Notes under the pieces: generated by a model
Told to the model about the DNA's origin: nothing
Database searches by the model: none
The model's input: the letters and a program-made list of their open reading frames with translations, nothing else
Translations under genes and position numbers: made by a program
Origin: Candidatus Atabeyarchaeum deiterrae
GTDB lineage: Archaea; Asgardarchaeota; Atabeyarchaeia; Atabeyarchaeales; Atabeyarchaeaceae
DNA length: 64,000 nucleotides
Reading direction: 5' to 3'
Assembly: GCA_037310415.1 (NCBI GenBank)
Contig: CP147780.1
Span: 352,001 to 416,000 of the forward strand
Shown here: one piece after another, positions 60,105 through 64,000 of the stretch
How the letters are laid out: every line of letters starts with the position of its first letter
Position numbering within the stretch: position 1 is the stretch's first letter

Positions 60105-60497
60105 GTGATGTATCTTTTGTCTAAGAAGTTTGAGGCTCCGAAGGAGCTTGTTGATAAGGCATACCATGCGATCGAGCTTGCAAGGAAAAGTGGAAAAGTC
60201 AAGAGAGGAACAAATGAGGCCACCAAGACTATTGAAAGAGGCATAGCAAAACTGGTAGTTATTGCTGCAGACGTTGATCCGCCCGAAATCGTTGCTCCAA
60301 TACCGTACATCTGCGATGAGAAGAAGATACCGTTCATTTTCGTTCCAAGTAAGGAAAAACTCGGGAACGCTTGTGGAATAGACGTACCTGCTGCTGCAGT
60401 GGCGATCACGGAAGGTGGCGAAGCAGAGAAAATCGTCAAGGAAATCGTAGAGAAATTGAAGGAAATAAGAGAGACTGGAAAACCGAAGAAAGAATGA
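60105..60497 (+). CDS. rpl7ae: L7Ae (ribosomal / K-turn-binding protein)
   Basis: GTNEATK.IERG.AKLVVIA.DVDP.EI. Confidence 0.96.
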   Translation: MMYLLSKKFEAPKELVDKAYHAIELARKSGKVKRGTNEATKTIERGIAKLVVIAADVDPPEIVAPIPYICDEKKIPFIFVPSKEKLGNACGIDVPAAAVAITEGGEAEKIVKEIVEKLKEIRETGKPKKE

Positions 60498-60600
60498 TTA
60501 ACTAGAGGGTAGCGTTTTCGGAAAGGAGCCGAACGTACCCCAAGAAACGGATCTTGAGAATCCTTCTTTCATTACATGCAAAGATGATGCTTGTAGGTGA

Positions 60601-60837
60601 ATGGGTAGTATGTCAAGGGGACCCGGAACGGAGGATCTGTCTATACCTGCGGAAGTTATACAGGTCGTGGGAAGAACAGGCGTCACAGGGGAGATAACAC
60701 AGGTAAAGGTTAGAGTCCTCGAAGGCCGAGACAAGGGAAGAATACTCACAAGAAATGTCAAAGGTCCTGTCAGAGTTGGAGACACTCTCATACTACGAGA
60801 TACCGAGAGAGAAGCAAGAAAACTTAGGACTTCATGA
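60601..60837 (+). CDS. rps28e: 30S ribosomal protein eS28
   Basis: [24 protein letters not shown]. Confidence 0.96.
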   Translation: MGSMSRGPGTEDLSIPAEVIQVVGRTGVTGEITQVKVRVLEGRDKGRILTRNVKGPVRVGDTLILRDTEREARKLRTS

Positions 60838-60876
60838 GCAGAAAACCAAGGACAAAAGAGCAACTTGCAGCAGTAG

Positions 60877-61131
60877 GTGATGCTAATGGTAAGGGAGACA
60901 AGGTGCCTGTTCTGCGGATCAAACATCAAAGCTGGCACAGGGATTATCTACGTCAAAAATGACGGCGTCGCAATGAATTTCTGCTCATCAAAATGCAGAA
61001 AAAGCATGATTGTGCTAAAAAGAGATCCTAGGAAGCTAAAATGGACAAAAGTACACTCAGAGAAACTCAGAGAAGCACAGAAAGCCAAGGAGACGAGAGC
61101 AGCTAAGAAATCTAAGGCGACTAGGAGATAG
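60877..61131 (+). CDS. rpl24e: 50S ribosomal protein eL24
   Basis: C.FCG..I..GTG..YV, FCSSKC, PRKLKWT. Confidence 0.95.
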   Translation: MMLMVRETRCLFCGSNIKAGTGIIYVKNDGVAMNFCSSKCRKSMIVLKRDPRKLKWTKVHSEKLREAQKAKETRAAKKSKATRR

Positions 61132-61147
61132 CCTCGGAGATCTGCGC

Positions 61148-61828
61148 TCACTTCTTTCTTCGATCCATAAGGCAAGTTTCGAGGACTGCATCCGAAAAGC
61201 CCTTCAGGTATTTTTTGTCTGCATCTTGGATTTCTGAAGCAAGGAGTCTTGATAAAGTATTCCGACCAGTCTCCTCTTTGATCCTACCTTCAACGATTCC
61301 CATACAAGCAGAGCGAAGTTCTCGGGTGTGATCAGTGTAAGGTTTGGATTCATAGAGTTCGATGTAAGCATCTATTTGTTTGGCTACAGTTTTCTGAGGA
61401 TTTCTACTTAGACCTACTTCGCTTTCCCAAAGCCCAATCTCTTCTAATGAGGTCTTGTCACTATCCGATGCATGCGCAACATTGACCCCTCCATATATTC
61501 CATATTTCCCTCTCAAGGACTCGGGCTCAGCTTTGTGCGCAAATGTTGAGCCCAGCATCTTCCTTATTTCTTGAATTACCCCTTCGCTCTCAACCCGCAT
61601 TGCAAGAACAGGACCAGAGGTGATGAACTTGATTAGCCACTCATAGAATGGCTTGCTCTCATGAATTGAATAGTGTTTTCTGGCAAGTTCAGAAGAAACC
61701 AGCATCTCCTTAAATGCTCGGACTCCAAACCCTCTTGACAGAAGAATTTTTAACGCTTCCACGCTTACAAATCTTCTAACGATGGCGTCAGGTTTTAATA
61801 CCAATAAGGTCTCTTCAATCAATTTCAT
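61148..61828 (-). CDS. ndk: Nucleoside diphosphate kinase with C-terminal extension, inverted relative to the cluster
   Basis: LKPDA, HY..H..KPF, ITSGP, SLRG.YG, NVAHASDS. Confidence 0.92.
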   Translation of the reverse strand: MKLIEETLLVLKPDAIVRRFVSVEALKILLSRGFGVRAFKEMLVSSELARKHYSIHESKPFYEWLIKFITSGPVLAMRVESEGVIQEIRKMLGSTFAHKAEPESLRGKYGIYGGVNVAHASDSDKTSLEEIGLWESEVGLSRNPQKTVAKQIDAYIELYESKPYTDHTRELRSACMGIVEGRIKEETGRNTLSRLLASEIQDADKKYLKGFSDAVLETCLMDRRKK

Positions 61829-61939
61829 CACCTGCACTGGAAAAGTCATTTAGCATCGGAAGCACATAATTCGCTGATTTGCGTCACCAACTCTCGTCTT
61901 AAATCATTATCTATGCATCTTAAGAGGGGCGGATAAATC

Positions 61940-63721
61940 TTGCCTATCAGGCAGCCAATAGTCGCAGTTCTAGGGCATGTAAACGCTGGCAAAACCACGT
62001 TACTTGACAGAATTCGCGGAACAGCAGTAAGTCTACGCGAAGCTGGTGGGCTCACGCAACACATAGGTGCTTCGTATCTTCCAGTCTCCACGATCGAAAA
62101 GATCTGTGGAGATCTTCTCCAGAAGTTCAAGATCAAGCTTACGATTCCGGGTCTCCTGATAATAGATACCCCGGGTCATGAGATCTTCATGAATCTAAGG
62201 AGAAGAGGAGGGGCTGTAGCGGACATGGCTATTCTTGTGGTTGATTTTACCAAAGGACTCGAAGCTCAGACTTACGAATCCGTAAGCATTCTAAAAGCAA
62301 GGAAGACTCCATTCCTGATAGCTTACAACAAAGTTGATAGAACTGAAGGCTGGAGACCTAACGAAAATGCTTCATTTACAGATACTATTAATAGACAAGA
62401 CAGCTTCGCGAAGCGATACGTTGACGAAAGAGTGTATGAATTGATGGGCGAGCTCTCAAGAGAGGGATTCACTTCCGATCGCTTTGATCGAGTTGAAGAC
62501 TTCACAAGAACTGTGACGATAATTCCAACCAGTGCCAAGACGGGTGAAGGTATTCCCGAGCTTCTTGCCATACTTGCCGGACTCACTCAAAGCTACATGA
62601 TGGGTAGGCTTCAGGTAGAGGAAGGCCCAGCTAGGGGAACAATCCTCGAAGTCAGGGATGAACCCGGCTTTGGAACTACCATAGATGTGATAGTGTACAA
62701 TGGGATTCTCAAAAAAGGAGACACGATTATTGTCGGAGGGAAAGACAGGGCGATAGAAACCAAAGTACGGGGTCTTGTACAGCCGAGACCCTTGGTTGAA
62801 ACAGGTGAATCACGTGACAAGTTTATTCACGTTGACGAAGTTACTGCTGCCGCAGGCGTCAAAGTTATCGCTCCCGAACTTGAGCATGCTGTAGCCGGAG
62901 CGCCACTTATTGTTGCTGCATCCGACGCCGATGTTAAACGTGTGATGGCTGAAGTCACCTCGGAGATAAATCGGATCAAGATTAATACCGATAAGACGGG
63001 AATCATCCTGAAGGCTGACACACTAGGGGCGCTCGAGGCAACAGTCTCATACTTGGAGGAACGAAAGATACCGATCAGAATTGCTGATGTTAGCGAAGTA
63101 TCAAAGAGAGATGTTACTGAAGCCTACGTTGTGAAAAACGAAGCACCTCTATCTGCAGTCATACTCTGTTTTAATGTTAGAGTTCTCCCAGAAGCGAAAG
63201 ATGAAGCTGAGAGGCTGGGAGTACCCATCTTCAAGAATGATGTCGTCTACAGATTGGTACAGGAGTATGAGGAGTGGGTAATCCAGAAAAGGGAGGAAGA
63301 AAAGAAGAAGACGCTAAGTTCAGTCGTCATGCCTGCAAAATTCAGAATACTACCAGGATACGTCTTCAGAAGAAGTCATCCAGTTATAGTGGGGGTCGAA
63401 GTCCTTGCAGGAGTAGTGAAGCCAAAAGTGACACTAGTGAACAAGGACGGAGATGATGTAGGGGAGATCGCCCAGGTTCAAGACGAAGGAAAAACAGTCC
63501 TCCAAGCTACCAAAGGAAGTTCAGTGGCGGTGTCAATAAGAGGCAATATCCTCGTCGGTCGGCAAGTAAATGAAGGAGACATATTGTATGCAAACGTTCC
63601 TGAAGGAGATATTAGGATAATGCGAACAAAGCTCGAAGGGGAGTTATCGCCTGAAGAACTTCAGACCCTATCTGAATTAATCGAAATAAAGAGAAAAAAG
63701 AACCCTATCTTCGCCTTTTGA
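61940..63721 (+). CDS. infB: Translation initiation factor aIF5B (IF-2)
   Basis: RQPIV.VLGHV..GKTT, REAGG.TQHIGA, DTPGHE, NKVD, KADTLG.LEA. Confidence 0.96.
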   Translation: MPIRQPIVAVLGHVNAGKTTLLDRIRGTAVSLREAGGLTQHIGASYLPVSTIEKICGDLLQKFKIKLTIPGLLIIDTPGHEIFMNLRRRGGAVADMAILVVDFTKGLEAQTYESVSILKARKTPFLIAYNKVDRTEGWRPNENASFTDTINRQDSFAKRYVDERVYELMGELSREGFTSDRFDRVEDFTRTVTIIPTSAKTGEGIPELLAILAGLTQSYMMGRLQVEEGPARGTILEVRDEPGFGTTIDVIVYNGILKKGDTIIVGGKDRAIETKVRGLVQPRPLVETGESRDKFIHVDEVTAAAGVKVIAPELEHAVAGAPLIVAASDADVKRVMAEVTSEINRIKINTDKTGIILKADTLGALEATVSYLEERKIPIRIADVSEVSKRDVTEAYVVKNEAPLSAVILCFNVRVLPEAKDEAERLGVPIFKNDVVYRLVQEYEEWVIQKREEEKKKTLSSVVMPAKFRILPGYVFRRSHPVIVGVEVLAGVVKPKVTLVNKDGDDVGEIAQVQDEGKTVLQATKGSSVAVSIRGNILVGRQVNEGDILYANVPEGDIRIMRTKLEGELSPEELQTLSELIEIKRKKNPIFAF

Positions 63722-63812
63722 GAAGAAATAGATATAAAAATCCATGTGTCATTACCTACTGAGACGTGAGAAAGAGCTGTGTTAGTCCAAAGACGGGAGG
63801 CATGAGTTCAAA

Positions 63813-64000
63813 ATGCCAGGTGTGAAACTAGTCGTATCCGATCCTGATGCAAAAAGAGCATATCAAATGGAACTAAGTGAAGACAAGGCAAGAAGCATCC
63901 TAGGCCGGAAAATAGGAGAGACTGCTAACGGCGATGCCCTGGGATTGAAAGGATATGAAATACTGATCACGGGCGGAAGTGACAAAGACGGTTTCCCAAT
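63813..64000 (+). CDS. rps6e: 30S ribosomal protein eS6, 5' part (runs off window)
   Basis: MPGVKLVVSDP...GRKIGE...ITGGSDKDGFP. Confidence 0.92.
   Translation, partial: MPGVKLVVSDPDAKRAYQMELSEDKARSILGRKIGETANGDALGLKGYEILITGGSDKDGFP

Overview
Core-genome segment of an archaeon. It is most consistent with an Asgard-type lineage (inference from an Arf/Rab-like small GTPase with a coiled-coil extension, together with SepF, PolB1 and intron-rich tRNAs). Contents in order: an HDAC 3' end, polB1, leuS, a nurA-herA-mre11-rad50 cluster, RNA-modification, proteasome and aCPSF1 genes, the large ribosomal-protein/secY/cbf5/rpoD superoperon, a mevalonate-pathway locus and the rpl7ae...infB-rps6e cluster. 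Several unusual layers are not shown by the ORF track. (1) Pervasive bulge-helix-bulge (BHB) splicing: all six tRNA genes carry introns (12 in total, none at the canonical 37/38 site), including one inside the anticodon of tRNA-Val and one inside the 3' acceptor stem of tRNA-Ser. The protein-coding gene cbf5 also has a 41-nt BHB intron that splits its catalytic Asp codon. (2) The resident mevalonate kinase gene is broken in two, and its middle is replaced by a ~5.4-kb block: a second mvk, a UbiD-family decarboxylase, a two-subunit AcnX dehydratase and a TnpB-only IS200/IS605 element. (3) Three single genes (rps14, ipk, ndk) lie inverted within otherwise co-directional conserved clusters. (4) rps5 (CTG) and rnp1/Rpp29 (ATC) appear to need non-canonical start codons. 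(5) Rad50 has no CXXC zinc hook. All calls come from reading the sequence by eye; no searches were run.
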